A stretch of 64,000 nt of DNA, from assembly GCA_965232515.1 (NCBI GenBank), contig CBDDPY010000002.1, positions 3,968,001 through 4,032,000 on the forward strand, written 5' to 3'. The first letter of the stretch is position 1, and each line of letters begins with the position of its first letter. Source of the stretch: Alphaproteobacteria bacterium (GTDB taxonomy: Bacteria; Pseudomonadota; Alphaproteobacteria; GCA-2731375). Both the position numbers and the translations under genes were made by a program. Of this stretch, positions 9,473 through 20,061 are shown piece after piece. The notes under the pieces were generated by a model. The model was given only the letters and a program-made list of their open reading frames with translations, was not told the origin of the DNA and searched no databases.

Positions 9473-11509
9473 ATGACCCAGCTCGACCTGCAAAAAGCCC
9501 AGGTCCTGGAGCATGAATACGACCCGGAAATGCATTTCCGGATGGTCGTCGGCGCGGCCGGCTATCTGGTCGCCGGCCTGCTGGCGGCGCTCTCGGCCTA
9601 TCACTATTACACCGCCGGCTTCGGCATCCTGGCCGAGCACTGGCACAAGGGCATCCATCTCGGCTTCGTGCTGGGCCTGATCTTTATCGTCTTCGGCTAC
9701 GCCAAGTCGGTGAACGACGCGCCCGCCCGCGCGGCCTGGTGGCGGCCCGGCAACGTGCCGGTCTACGACTGGCTGTTCGCCGTCGCCGCCGTCGGCTGCT
9801 CGCTCTATCTGCCGGTAACGCTGGAGTCGATGACCTTCCGCATCGGCAACCCGAACCTGACCGACATGGTCGTCGGGACCACCATGGTGTTGCTGATCCT
9901 GGAGGCAGCGCGCCGCGCCATGGGCTGGGTGCTGCCGATCATCGTCGCGGTTTTCATCCTCTACGCCGTCTTCGGCCAGATCGCGCCCGGCGCGCTGAAG
10001 CATCCCGGCACCAACTGGGCCGGCTTCATCAGCCACGTCTACATGACGACCGAGGGCATCTACGGCATCCCGGTCAAGGTCGTCGCCACCTTCGTCTTCC
10101 ATTTCGTGCTGTTCGGCACCATCGCCACGCGCATGGGCCTGGGCCAGTTCTTCATCGACATCGCCCAGGCCATCGCCGGCCGCTACACCGGCGGCCCGGC
10201 CAAGGTCAGCGTGCTGGCGTCCGCCATGTTCGGCACCATCTCGGGCTCCTCCATCGCCAACACCGTCACCACGGGCGCGCTGACCATCCCGGCCATGAAA
10301 CGCATCGGCTACCGGCCGCATTTCGCCGGCGCCGTCGAGGCGGCCAGCAGCACCGGCGGCCAGATCACGCCGCCGATCATGGGCGCCGCGGCCTTCGTGA
10401 TGATGGAGTTCCTCGAGGTCAGCTACACCACGGTGATCCTGGCCGCCCTGATACCGGCCCTGATGCACTACACCGGCGTCTTCACCAACGTGCACCTCGA
10501 AGCCAAGCGTATGGGCCTGAAAGGCCTGCCGCCCGACGTGCTGCCGAACCTCTGGCACATCCTCAAGACCGGCTGGCCGAACCTGATCCCGCTGATCATC
10601 CTGGTCACCATCATCATCCGCGGCCACACGCCGTTCATGGCTGCGTTCTGGGGCATCACCGCCTGCATCGTTGTGGGCTTCGTCAATCCCCGGCACCGCC
10701 TCAGCCTGCGCGACCTGCTCGATGCCTTCCAGCTCGGCGCCAAATACGCCCTCGCCGTCGGCGCGGCGGCGGCCGCCGTCGGCATCATCGTCGGCGTCGT
10801 CACGCTGACCGGCGTGCCGTTCCGGATCTCCTTCATCGTCACCCAGTTCGCACAGACCACGGCCGAGTTCGTCGACGCGCTGATGCCGCTGACGCTGTTC
10901 ACCCTCGACCAGCTCGTGCTGTTCTTCTCGCTCGTCTTCATCGCCGTCTGCTGCGTCGCGCTCAGCGCCGGCATCCCGACGACGGCGCTCTATATCATCG
11001 TCGCCACCATCGCCGCGCCCGTGCTGGTGCAGTTCGGCATCCCGCCCATCGCGGCGCATTTCTTCGTGCTGTTCTACGGCGTGCTGGCCGACATCACGCC
11101 GCCGGTCTGCACATCGGCCTACGCCGCCGGCGGCATCGCCGGGGCGAACCCGTTCAAGACGGGCCTTACCGCATTCCGCCTCGGCAACGCCAAGGCGCTG
11201 GTGCCGCTGGTCTTCGTCTATTCGCCGTCGCTGCTGTTGGTGACCGACGGTTTCAGCTGGCAGGAATTCGCCATCGCCTTCTCCGGCTGCGTCACCGGCG
11301 TCGTGCTGCTGGGCGCGTCGCTCAGCGGCTATCTGCTGGCGCCGATCCCGGTGCTGCAGCGCTGGGTTATGCGCTTCGCGGCCTTGCTGTTCATCGCGCC
11401 GGAACTGAAATCGGCGTTGGTCGCCGCCATCATGGTGGCGCCGATCATCGTGCTGCAGATCATCGCCCACCGCCGCGAGAAGCAGGCGGAACCGGCAGCG
11501 GCGGAGTAA
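9473..11509 (+). CDS. TRAP transporter 4TM/12TM fusion permease
   Basis: GGPAKVSV, SGSSIANTVTTG, GGQITPPIMGAAAF, ITPPV. Confidence 0.95.
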   Translation: MTQLDLQKAQVLEHEYDPEMHFRMVVGAAGYLVAGLLAALSAYHYYTAGFGILAEHWHKGIHLGFVLGLIFIVFGYAKSVNDAPARAAWWRPGNVPVYDWLFAVAAVGCSLYLPVTLESMTFRIGNPNLTDMVVGTTMVLLILEAARRAMGWVLPIIVAVFILYAVFGQIAPGALKHPGTNWAGFISHVYMTTEGIYGIPVKVVATFVFHFVLFGTIATRMGLGQFFIDIAQAIAGRYTGGPAKVSVLASAMFGTISGSSIANTVTTGALTIPAMKRIGYRPHFAGAVEAASSTGGQITPPIMGAAAFVMMEFLEVSYTTVILAALIPALMHYTGVFTNVHLEAKRMGLKGLPPDVLPNLWHILKTGWPNLIPLIILVTIIIRGHTPFMAAFWGITACIVVGFVNPRHRLSLRDLLDAFQLGAKYALAVGAAAAAVGIIVGVVTLTGVPFRISFIVTQFAQTTAEFVDALMPLTLFTLDQLVLFFSLVFIAVCCVALSAGIPTTALYIIVATIAAPVLVQFGIPPIAAHFFVLFYGVLADITPPVCTSAYAAGGIAGANPFKTGLTAFRLGNAKALVPLVFVYSPSLLLVTDGFSWQEFAIAFSGCVTGVVLLGASLSGYLLAPIPVLQRWVMRFAALLFIAPELKSALVAAIMVAPIIVLQIIAHRREKQAEPAAAE

Positions 11510-11594
11510 CGCCGGAACTTTGGCGCGATAGTTCAAGACGCCGCCGCGCATCGGCCCCAAATCCAGCCGGTCAATCACCTGCTGGAGGCCGCCG

Positions 11595-12056
11595 ATGGAA
11601 CTTCGGATCAACAATCGCGTCTACGCCATCCCGCCGGCATGGCGCGATGAAACCCTTCTCGCCACCCTGCGCGAATTCCTCGGGCTCGTCGGCGCCAGGT
11701 TCGGCTGCGGCGTCGGCCAGTGCGGCGCCTGCACCGTCGTCCTCGACGGCGAAGCGGCGCGGAGCTGCCTGTGGCGCGTCGCCGACGCCGCCGACAGTGA
11801 CATCGTAACGATCGAGGGCCTCGCTGGTCCGGACGGCCGCCTGCACCCGGTACAGCAGGCCTGGCTCGACGAGACCGTGCCGCAGTGCGGCTATTGCCAG
11901 GCCGGCCAGATCATGTCGGCAGTGGCGCTGTTGCGGGACAAGCCACGGCCGAGCGATGCCGAGATCGACGCGGCCATGGCCGACAATCTCTGCCGTTGCG
12001 GCACGCAGCAGCGCATCCGCCGGGCGATACACCGGGCGGCGGAGGCGCTGTCGTGA
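11595..12056 (+). CDS. (2Fe-2S) small subunit of an IorAB/xanthine-dehydrogenase-family enzyme
   Basis: [25 protein letters not shown]. Confidence 0.95.
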   Translation: MELRINNRVYAIPPAWRDETLLATLREFLGLVGARFGCGVGQCGACTVVLDGEAARSCLWRVADAADSDIVTIEGLAGPDGRLHPVQQAWLDETVPQCGYCQAGQIMSAVALLRDKPRPSDAEIDAAMADNLCRCGTQQRIRRAIHRAAEALS

Positions 12057-14113
12057 AACGCCGAACCTTCCTTAACCTCGGCGCTGGCCTCGGTGTCGCC
12101 TTCCTCGCAGGCTGCTCGCTCCCCGTCATTCCGAAACGCCCGGACCCGACGCCCGAGGCCGCGCTCGGCTGGATCCGCTACGTTGACGGCCGCTACGTGC
12201 TGTCGCTGCCGCGCGCCGAGATCGGCCAGAACATCGCCACCGCGCTCAAGCAGGTCGCCTGCGACGAGCTCGGCGTCGATTGGAACGCCGTCGACCTGCG
12301 CCTGCCCGCCACGACCGACATCGAACATGTCCGCGCCACGGTCGGCAGCGACTCGGTGAAGGACTACGCGCTGCCGCTGGCGCAGGCCTGTGCGACCCTG
12401 CGCGAGGCCATCGCCGCCGGCCAGACGACGGGCGTCCTCACGGCAGAACCCCGGCCGATCGGCGCGCTCCGCGCCTTCTCGGGCCGCACCCGCCACGTCG
12501 GCAAGCCCAGGCCGCTCGAACAGGCGGACGCCATCGTGCGCGGCGCGCCGGTCTATGCCGCCGACATCCGCCGGCCCGGCATGGTCTATGGCCGGGTCTT
12601 GCGGTCGCCGGCCTCGCCGGAATTCACATCGTCTCCCGCCACCTGGATCGCCGCCGCCGCCCGCGCGCAGGCGGGTTTCGTCGCGTTGATTGAAGACTCT
12701 CGGCTACGTCAACGCGAGAGCCTCGGGCTCGGCATCGTCGCCGAAACGCCGGGCGCGCTCGACCGCATCGCCGACGCGCTCGACATCCGCTGGCAAATCG
12801 ACGGCCACGTCGACCAGGCCGGGATCGACCAGCGGATCGACATCGACCGCCGGCTCGCCCGGGGCGGGCTGTCCTACGACGTCATCGACGAGCCCGTCGA
12901 TCGCGACGGACCGTGGGATATCGACCTGCGCATGGACGTGCCGCCGGCCGCCCACGCGCCGATCGAGCCGCGCGCCGCCGTCGCCGCGTTCGACGAAAAT
13001 GGCCTGCGGCTCTGGACCGGCTCGCAGGACATCTTCTTCGTCCGCGATACGTTGGTCGGACCGTTCGAACTCGACGACGACACCGTCATCGTCCATGGCC
13101 AGCGCGTCGGCGGCGCTTTCGGCGGCAAGACGATCTGCACGGTCGAGCTGGAAGCCGCCGTTCTGGCGCAAGCCGCCGGACGGCCGGTCAAGGTGCAGTG
13201 GACGCGCGGCCAGGAATTCCGCCAGGGCTTTCACCGTCCGCCAACCAGCCACCGCATTCGCGCGCGGCTTCGCGACGGCCGCATCGCCGACTGGTGGCAC
13301 GGCTTCGCCAGCAGCCACAGCATTTTCACCAATGCCGGCCTGCCGCCCTGGATGCAACGCCTGACCGACGTCATCGGCGACCGCGGCGTCAGCCGGGGCG
13401 CCATCCCGCCCTATCGCATCGCGCGACGGCGGATCGAATACGACCTCGAGCGGCTGCCGGTGCTGACCGGACCCTGGCGCGGCCTCGGCGCCGGCCCGAA
13501 CGTCACCGCCATCGAAAGCGCCATAGACGAATGCGCGCGTGCCGCCGGCACGGACCCGGTGGCCTTCCGCCTGGCCCACATCGAGGACTCACGGCTGGCG
13601 GGCGTCCTGCAACGCGTCGCGGCCGCCGCCGGCTGGGCGGAAGCACGACCGGCAGCGCCAGGGAGGCATGGCCGCGGCGTCGCCTGCGGCATCTACAAGG
13701 AAATGAGCTATGCCGCTGTTGTCGCCGACGTCATCGTTGACGACGGCGCAGTCAGGGTGACGCGCCTTTGGTGCGCGCACGACTGCGGCCGCATCATCAA
13801 TCCCGACCAGGTGCGCGCGCAGTGCGAGGGCAATCTGGTCTGGGGCCTGGGCATGGCGTTGAGCGACAATCTGCCCGTCGCCGATGGCGGCGTCGCGGCG
13901 GAGACATTCGCCGACGCGCCCATTCCCCGGTTCGACCAGGTGCCGCCGATGGAGATCGTGCTCGTCGACAACGGCGAGCCGCCGACCGGCGCCGGCGAAA
14001 CCGCCATCGTCGCCGCTTCCGGCGCCATCCTGAACGCTATCCGTGACGCCACCGGCGTGCGCCCCAGCCGTCTGCCGGTGACGCCCGAGGATCTGTTACG
14101 ATCCCCAGCATGA
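12053..14113 (+). CDS. Molybdopterin-binding large subunit (IorB-like) with Tat-lipoprotein signal
   Basis: GTG overlaps upstream stop; KRRTFL...LAGC; [33 protein letters not shown]. Confidence 0.9.
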   Translation: MKRRTFLNLGAGLGVAFLAGCSLPVIPKRPDPTPEAALGWIRYVDGRYVLSLPRAEIGQNIATALKQVACDELGVDWNAVDLRLPATTDIEHVRATVGSDSVKDYALPLAQACATLREAIAAGQTTGVLTAEPRPIGALRAFSGRTRHVGKPRPLEQADAIVRGAPVYAADIRRPGMVYGRVLRSPASPEFTSSPATWIAAAARAQAGFVALIEDSRLRQRESLGLGIVAETPGALDRIADALDIRWQIDGHVDQAGIDQRIDIDRRLARGGLSYDVIDEPVDRDGPWDIDLRMDVPPAAHAPIEPRAAVAAFDENGLRLWTGSQDIFFVRDTLVGPFELDDDTVIVHGQRVGGAFGGKTICTVELEAAVLAQAAGRPVKVQWTRGQEFRQGFHRPPTSHRIRARLRDGRIADWWHGFASSHSIFTNAGLPPWMQRLTDVIGDRGVSRGAIPPYRIARRRIEYDLERLPVLTGPWRGLGAGPNVTAIESAIDECARAAGTDPVAFRLAHIEDSRLAGVLQRVAAAAGWAEARPAAPGRHGRGVACGIYKEMSYAAVVADVIVDDGAVRVTRLWCAHDCGRIINPDQVRAQCEGNLVWGLGMALSDNLPVADGGVAAETFADAPIPRFDQVPPMEIVLVDNGEPPTGAGETAIVAASGAILNAIRDATGVRPSRLPVTPEDLLRSPA

Positions 14114-15054
14114 ACGATTTCGCCGCGGCCGCGATGATGCGGCTGATCCGCCTCGGGTTGGCCCGCCAGGGCCTGGCGTCGGCCGGCGTCGGCTCTCCGG
14201 CCGCGGCGCACGTGCCGTTGAAGGACAAGCGCGCGCTTGCCGAAGCCCTGCTGAAAACGCACGGACCGGATGCGCTGCTGCGCATCGGCGAAGCCGTTCA
14301 TGACGCGCCGAACGAGCCCACGCATGTCGCGCTGGCGCTGGCCCGCGATCCGTTCGACCTCGTCTCCCGCTGGCAACGGCTGGAACGTTTCATTCATTCG
14401 CGGCACCGCGCCCGGATTCTCGAGCGGGACGAGACCCGCCTCGTGCTTCGGCACGTGGCGTTGGCCCCGCACCCGCCACCCCGGCCGGCCGAAGACCTGC
14501 TGATCTTCGGACTGCTGGCGGCCCTGGTGGAATATGTCGGGGCCGAGGATTTCCGCGCCCGGATCGCGGGCGAAACCGCCTGGCGCCGACGCGGCGGAGC
14601 GTGGAAAGGCGACGCCTGTCCGGACGACGTCTCCCGCTGGGAGTTCGCCTGGACGTCGGTGCGCCGCATCGGGCCCGTGTCCGACGCCGCGCCCATCCCA
14701 GGCGATTGGGCCGCCGCCGCCCGCGCCGCGCTCGCGGCCGATCCCGGTCGCGGCTGGACGCTGCGCCAGCTGGCGGACGCGCTCCGGGTCTCGACGCGCA
14801 GCCTGCAACGCCGGCTCAAGACCGAGGGGACGAGCTTCTCGTACCTGCTCGCCGAGGCCCGGCTCGCCGCCGCGGCGACGCTTCTCGGCACATCGGATCG
14901 CTCGGCGGCCGAGATCGGCTATGCCTGCGGCTTCGCCGATCAGGCCCACTTCACGCGCGACTTCAAACGGCACACCGCCTTGACCCCGACGGCGTTTCGG
15001 GCACAGTTCGCGCAGGCGCGACGGCCCGCATCTTTCGCCTCGGCCGCGTCATAA
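14110..15054 (+). CDS. AraC family transcriptional regulator
   Basis: RSLQRRL, EIGYACGFADQAHFTRDFKR. Confidence 0.9.
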   Translation: MNDFAAAAMMRLIRLGLARQGLASAGVGSPAAAHVPLKDKRALAEALLKTHGPDALLRIGEAVHDAPNEPTHVALALARDPFDLVSRWQRLERFIHSRHRARILERDETRLVLRHVALAPHPPPRPAEDLLIFGLLAALVEYVGAEDFRARIAGETAWRRRGGAWKGDACPDDVSRWEFAWTSVRRIGPVSDAAPIPGDWAAAARAALAADPGRGWTLRQLADALRVSTRSLQRRLKTEGTSFSYLLAEARLAAAATLLGTSDRSAAEIGYACGFADQAHFTRDFKRHTALTPTAFRAQFAQARRPASFASAAS

Positions 15055-15077
15055 CTGTTACGGGGAGGACGAAAACC

Positions 15078-15842
15078 ATGGACATGTTCAACCTGAAGGG
15101 CAAGGTCGCGGTCGTCACCGGCGGCAATGGCGGCATCGGCTTCGGCATGGCGCGCGGGCTCGCGCGCGCCGGCGCCGACATCGCCGTGGTCGGCCGCAAT
15201 GCCGAGAAGTCCGCCGGCGCCGCCGACGAATTGCAAGGCCTCGGCGTGCGTGCCATCGCGGTCCAGGCCGACGTTACCGACAGCGCCGCCGTCGCCGCCA
15301 TGGTCGATGCCGTCACCAGCCAGCTCGGCCGCATCGATATCCTGATCAACAATGCCGGCACCAACATCCGCAAGCGGCCCGAGGACCTGGCCGAGGACGA
15401 GTGGCACACGGTGATCGACGCCAACCTGACCAGCGCCTTTCTGTGCAGCAAGGCCTGCTATCCGGCGATGAAGCAGGCCGGCGGCGGCAAGGTGCTCAAC
15501 AACGGCTCCATGCTGTCGCTGTTCGGCACGCCCTGGGGTCCGGTTTATGCCGCCAGCAAGGGCGGCATCATGCAGCTCACGAAGTCGCTGGCCACGGCCT
15601 GGGCCGCCGACAACATCCAGGTCAACTGCTTCCTGCCGGGCTGGATCGATACCGACCTGACGCGTCAGGCGCGGCAGCAGGTCGACGGCCTGCACGACCG
15701 CGTGCTCGGCCGCACCCCGGCCGGCCGCTGGGGCGATATCGCCGACTTCGAAGGCATCGCCGTATTCCTGGCGAGCGCCGCGTCCGACTATGTCACCGGC
15801 ACCGTCATCCCGGTCGACGGCGGCTTCTCGATCACGGCCTGA
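15078..15842 (+). CDS. SDR oxidoreductase (KduD/gluconate 5-dehydrogenase-like)
   Basis: TGGNGGIG, NNAG, YAASK, VDGG. Confidence 0.92.
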   Translation: MDMFNLKGKVAVVTGGNGGIGFGMARGLARAGADIAVVGRNAEKSAGAADELQGLGVRAIAVQADVTDSAAVAAMVDAVTSQLGRIDILINNAGTNIRKRPEDLAEDEWHTVIDANLTSAFLCSKACYPAMKQAGGGKVLNNGSMLSLFGTPWGPVYAASKGGIMQLTKSLATAWAADNIQVNCFLPGWIDTDLTRQARQQVDGLHDRVLGRTPAGRWGDIADFEGIAVFLASAASDYVTGTVIPVDGGFSITA

Positions 15843-17652
15843 CCGCCGCAATCAGCACGACGACATCGAGGCCGCCGATCTGGAACCGGTCGCCGTCGGC
15901 GCGGCCCTGAATGCCGGTCACCAGAACGCGTATGCGCATCGACGGCGTTGTCGCATCGAGCGTCATGCGACCGGGCGCGATGCTGTGGGCATTGGCGCTC
16001 GGCTCAACGCCGCCCAGCGCGCGCACCAGGGCATCGAGATCGAACGAAACCGGCGCACCGGCGCCGTCGGACAGCGACAGCGTCGATCGCTCGGGCGAAA
16101 ACGTCAGCGCGTAGCGCCGCGCCGAGGCCGGGTCTTCGATGGTGTGGTTCTTGTGACTTGTCCAGAAGCGGCGCTGGCTCACGAGATCGAAGCCGGCGAC
16201 GGCGATCGTCGGACTGTGCGGCGTGCGATAGTTGAATACGGCGGCATCCTGGTTCGGCCAGACATAGGGCAGGCCGAGCGCGGCCATGAATTGCCTCGGA
16301 CGCCAGTCGCCGGACAAATCCAGATCGGCGGCCCGGCCGTCCAGCCAGGCCGCGAACCTCGGCCGTCTGACCGGTTTACTCAGATAGCTGACGAGCGCGC
16401 TTAGACGCTTGTTGTCCTCGAACGGAATGCTGCCGTCGACCTTCATCAGCTTGCCGTTGCGTAGCAGATCGTTCGCCCCCAGCACGGCCTCGAGCCGGCC
16501 GATCTGACTCTGGAACGACACGTTGGCGGCGCTCCAGGGCCCGACGCCGCCGAAAACCAGCATGATCCCTAGCGACAGCGGGATCGCGACCAGCCGCTTC
16601 ATCCCGAGGCTGAAGACGATCGCCAGCCCGAACAGCCAGATCGTCAGCAGGATCAGCAGATAGCGGTTCTCGGTCACGCCATAGGCGTCGACCCGCAGCC
16701 AAACGGCCACCGCCAGCAAGCCCGCCGGCAGGAACAAAGCCGGGAACAGCACCCGGTCGAACAGCCGCAGCAACCGGTCGCCGCTCTGCCGCAACGGATA
16801 GATGACCAATTTGGTCGCCACGCCGACAACGGCAAAGCCGCAGACCAGCCAGGCCACCTGCCCGCGCGGCAATTCCCATTGAACGGCGATCTTCACGGCG
16901 AAGGCATAGAGGATCAGCAGATAGACAGTCGCCAGCGGCACATAGAGAAACCGCGCCAGGAACCGGATCCAGGCGGGGCAATAGTCACTCGTCGGCGGGT
17001 CGAACCCAGGCGGTATCGAGGCCAGCGCCCGGAGCGGCCAGACCAGGCAGAAGCTGACGGTCCAGATGTCGCGCAGCACGTATCGCGGCGGATCGAAACC
17101 GAACAGGATCTCCAACGCCTGAACGATCGCGCTCAACCCCAGCGCCAGGGTCAGCGCGACCGCCCAGCCGAAGGCCGCGCCCGTCAGCATCAACCGGTTG
17201 AAGGCCCAGAACGCGGCATTGCCATCCGGCCCGGCACGCCAGGCAACGGCCATGGTCAAAAAGGCAAGGCCGCCGAGCATGAACGGAAAGGCGCCCACGA
17301 ACCAAGGGAAACGCCCGGCCGCCATCGACAGACTTGCGGCATAGCCGACCAGTGTCAGCAGCAGGGCGGCAAGCAGCAGCCCGCGGACGCCGCCGACATA
17401 CCGGCCTGTCCATTCGAACCGCTCGGCCGTCAGCTTGGCGAGCAGGCTCGCGAACAAGGCCAGCAGGAAAAATTCGGACGCGACGCCGTTGCTCGCCAAC
17501 GGCCAGAACAACGGGAACCGGTGGTGGCTGGCGAGGTAGGACGCCGTCAGGCCGAGCGCGGCGATCGCCGGCAGCGGAAAGCGAAGCACCGTCGCCATCA
17601 GATCGGCGGCGATGTCCCTCGGCGAGGGCAGGCGTGGCAGGCGCAAGGGCAT
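15832..17652 (-). CDS. DUF4153-like multi-TM membrane protein
   Basis: About 12 TM; RVDAYGVTENRY, GPWSA...SQIGRL motifs. Confidence 0.8.
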   Translation of the reverse strand: MPLRLPRLPSPRDIAADLMATVLRFPLPAIAALGLTASYLASHHRFPLFWPLASNGVASEFFLLALFASLLAKLTAERFEWTGRYVGGVRGLLLAALLLTLVGYAASLSMAAGRFPWFVGAFPFMLGGLAFLTMAVAWRAGPDGNAAFWAFNRLMLTGAAFGWAVALTLALGLSAIVQALEILFGFDPPRYVLRDIWTVSFCLVWPLRALASIPPGFDPPTSDYCPAWIRFLARFLYVPLATVYLLILYAFAVKIAVQWELPRGQVAWLVCGFAVVGVATKLVIYPLRQSGDRLLRLFDRVLFPALFLPAGLLAVAVWLRVDAYGVTENRYLLILLTIWLFGLAIVFSLGMKRLVAIPLSLGIMLVFGGVGPWSAANVSFQSQIGRLEAVLGANDLLRNGKLMKVDGSIPFEDNKRLSALVSYLSKPVRRPRFAAWLDGRAADLDLSGDWRPRQFMAALGLPYVWPNQDAAVFNYRTPHSPTIAVAGFDLVSQRRFWTSHKNHTIEDPASARRYALTFSPERSTLSLSDGAGAPVSFDLDALVRALGGVEPSANAHSIAPGRMTLDATTPSMRIRVLVTGIQGRADGDRFQIGGLDVVVLIAAVRP

Positions 17653-17750
17653 CCTCCCAGTCAAGCACCAACTGGTAAACGAAGCTTGGTGACGCAACTA
17701 GAAGGGGCGGATATGGCGGAAGTGCGGCGCCTTCGTGGCGATATGCGGCC

Positions 17751-18953
17751 TCAACCCAATGCTTGACAGGCGCCTTGGATGCGGGCGCAGGCTTCGCGCA
17801 GGTCGTCGAGCGAGGCGGCGAACGACAGGCGGAAATAGGGCGACATGCCATAGGCCGCGCCGTGCACGGCGGCGACGCCGACCGCGTCCAGCAGATACAG
17901 CACCATGTCCTCGTCGCTCTCGATCACCTTGCCGTCGGGCGTGCGCCGGCCGATCAGGCCTTCACAGCTCGGATAGAGGTAGAACGCGCCTTCCGGCACG
18001 TGGCAGGTCAGGCCGGCGATGTCGTTCAGCAGCTTGACGACGATGTCGCGGCGCTCCTGGAACTCGGTCGTGCGTTGGGCGATGAAATCCTGCGGCCCGG
18101 TCAGCGCCGCCAGCGCCGCCGCTTGGCCCACCGACGACGCGCCCGACGTGCTCTGCGTCTGCAGCGTGATCATGGCCTTGATCAATTCCGGCGGCCCGCC
18201 GGCATAGCCGATGCGGAAACCGGTCATGGCATAGGCCTTGGAGACGCCGTTCAGCGTCAGCGTGCGGTCGAACAGCTCGGGCGCCACCTGCGCCGGCGTC
18301 ACGAAACGCGCGCCGTCATAGCGGATATGCTCGTAGATATCGTCGCTCAGCACATGCACCTGGGGATGCCGCAACAGAACCTCGCAGAGCGCCGTCATCT
18401 CGTCGTGGCTGTAGGTCGCGCCGCTCGGATTGCAGGGACTGTTCAGGATCAGCCATTTGGTTCTGGGCGTGATCGCCGCCGCGAGCTGTTCGGGCCGCAG
18501 CTTGAAACCGTCCTCGGGCGCGCCCGTCAGCACCACCGGCGTGCCGCCGGCGAACTGCGTCATGTCCGGATACGACACCCAGTAGGGCGCCGCGACGATC
18601 ACCTCGTCGCCGGCCTCGACCGTCGCCATCAGCGCGTTGAAGATGATCTGCTTGCCGCCGTTGGCGACCATGATCTGAGCCACCGGATAGTCGAGATCGT
18701 TTTCGCGTTTGAATTTGGCCGCGATCGCTTCCTTCAGCTTCGGCGCGCCGGCGATCGGCATATAGCGCGTCTCACCGCGGGCCATGGCCTCGGTCACGGC
18801 CGCTTTCACGTGATCCGGCGTTTCGAAATCCGGCTCGCCGGCGGTCAGCCGGATGATGTCCTTGCCCGCGGCCTGCAGGTCGCGGGCGCGCTGCGAGGCC
18901 ATCGAGCTGGCCGACGGCTTGGTCCGACGGACACGTTCAGCGATAAACGGCAT
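17751..18953 (-). CDS. Aspartate aminotransferase (class I PLP enzyme)
   Basis: GEPDF, GGKQ, NSPCNPSG, DDIY, GVSKAYAMTGFRIGY. Confidence 0.95.
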   Translation of the reverse strand: MPFIAERVRRTKPSASSMASQRARDLQAAGKDIIRLTAGEPDFETPDHVKAAVTEAMARGETRYMPIAGAPKLKEAIAAKFKRENDLDYPVAQIMVANGGKQIIFNALMATVEAGDEVIVAAPYWVSYPDMTQFAGGTPVVLTGAPEDGFKLRPEQLAAAITPRTKWLILNSPCNPSGATYSHDEMTALCEVLLRHPQVHVLSDDIYEHIRYDGARFVTPAQVAPELFDRTLTLNGVSKAYAMTGFRIGYAGGPPELIKAMITLQTQSTSGASSVGQAAALAALTGPQDFIAQRTTEFQERRDIVVKLLNDIAGLTCHVPEGAFYLYPSCEGLIGRRTPDGKVIESDEDMVLYLLDAVGVAAVHGAAYGMSPYFRLSFAASLDDLREACARIQGACQALG

Positions 18954-18976
18954 GGGCACTCCTCCGGCCGCGGAGG

Positions 18977-19198
18977 CTAGCACAAATCGCCTTCGCCGCC
19001 GTAGCGCGCCGGCGTCGCCGTCTCGATGCGCCGCAGCGTCAATTGCAGCCCGGCCCGCCGCGTCGCCGGCGCGTCCGTCAGGTTGGCGATGCGGCCGCGC
19101 AGATGCGCCAGCGCCTCGGCCCGCGCCGCCGCGAAGCTGGCCGCGCCGCCCGGTTCGAGGCGCGTTTCCGTATCCGCGAGGACGGCCGTCCAGCCCAT
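18977..19198 (-). CDS. Hypothetical small protein
   Basis: 73-aa ORF co-oriented immediately upstream of the aminotransferase; no recognised motif. Confidence 0.45.
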   Translation of the reverse strand: MGWTAVLADTETRLEPGGAASFAAARAEALAHLRGRIANLTDAPATRRAGLQLTLRRIETATPARYGGEGDLC

Positions 19199-19399
19199 AG
19201 GCTCAGTCTAACGCCTGTCGGCGTTGGGCTCGACCCGCAAGGCCGCCCCAGATGACACACCGCAACGGAACAGGGACGCGGAGGGTCGGACAGGCGGGAA
19301 ACCGATCCTCGGGCGCTCGCCGCACAGCGGCTGCGTCTCGCGTGGCCCACCCGCGTCCCTGCACCGTTGCGGTGCGCCGGCGTCCGGCGCGGTCGGCCG

Positions 19400-19732
19400 T
19401 CAGCCGCCGGCGGCTTCCGACATGGCCAGAAAGAAGGCCGGTGAAATCTCGAGAAACCGCGCGCCGACCGCGCCGTCGTCGGTGACGTGCACGACCTCGG
19501 CCACGAACCGGCCGGGCCTGGCGGCGCGCAGGCCGTCGATCTCACCGCTCAGCCGCAGGCCCGCGCGCGGTTCGCCATGCAGCTTCTGCAGACGGAATCC
19601 GCCCAGCGACCAGTCGACGGTCTTGTAGTCGTGGCGGCCGATCGAGACGATCAGCGGTTTGTTGGTGATACGCGGATGCTGGCGACGCTCTACATGGGCC
19701 AGCACGGCGTTTCGGATGGACGCGAACCCCAT
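19400..19732 (-). CDS. Stand-alone PilZ domain protein
   Basis: RRQHPR and DWSLGG motifs; GGGG RBS. Confidence 0.85.
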   Translation of the reverse strand: MGFASIRNAVLAHVERRQHPRITNKPLIVSIGRHDYKTVDWSLGGFRLQKLHGEPRAGLRLSGEIDGLRAARPGRFVAEVVHVTDDGAVGARFLEISPAFFLAMSEAAGG

Positions 19733-19899
19733 GTCGATCCCCCTTCAGTGGCTCCGCTGCCTGTTCCGGTCGAGGCCGGACGAAGGCCGGTGGCTTTGCG
19801 CCCCGCCGTTTCCGACGGTTTGCCCTTTTCAGGTCGTCAACAACAGGATAGCCCAGCCACGATCCGGCGCAGTGACGGCCATCACCGGCCCCGAATCCG

Positions 19900-19915
19900 T
19901 TAAGCTCCGGTTAAC
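19900..19915. promoter_or_regulatory. Perfect CtrA box with adjacent GANTC site
   Basis: TTAA-GCTCCGG-TTAAC; GAATC at 19893-19897. Confidence 0.75.
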
Positions 19916-19943
19916 CATACTAGGAACGGCCCTTAGGGCCGGA

Positions 19944-20028
19944 GCTCGACCCGTCCCGCTCCCCCACCCGACCACCCATTGAGCATACTTCCGTGGGTGG
20001 TCGGGTGGGGGAGCGGGACGGGTCGAGC
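19944..20028. repeat. 35-bp perfect inverted repeat (MITE/REP-like hairpin)
   Basis: GCTCGACCCGTCCCGCTCCCCCACCCGACCACCCA, 15-nt loop, exact reverse complement. Confidence 0.9.
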
Positions 20029-20061
20029 CAAACACCACAATCTCGTTTGGGAGTTGCGTTG

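Noticed and set aside
9236-11808. Long antisense or alternate-frame ORFs (e.g. 9236-11614, 9739-11808, 44943-47273, 50441-52435)
   Set aside because: Shadow ORFs typical of high-GC DNA: Arg/Gly/Ala-rich, no motifs, overlapping well-supported genes
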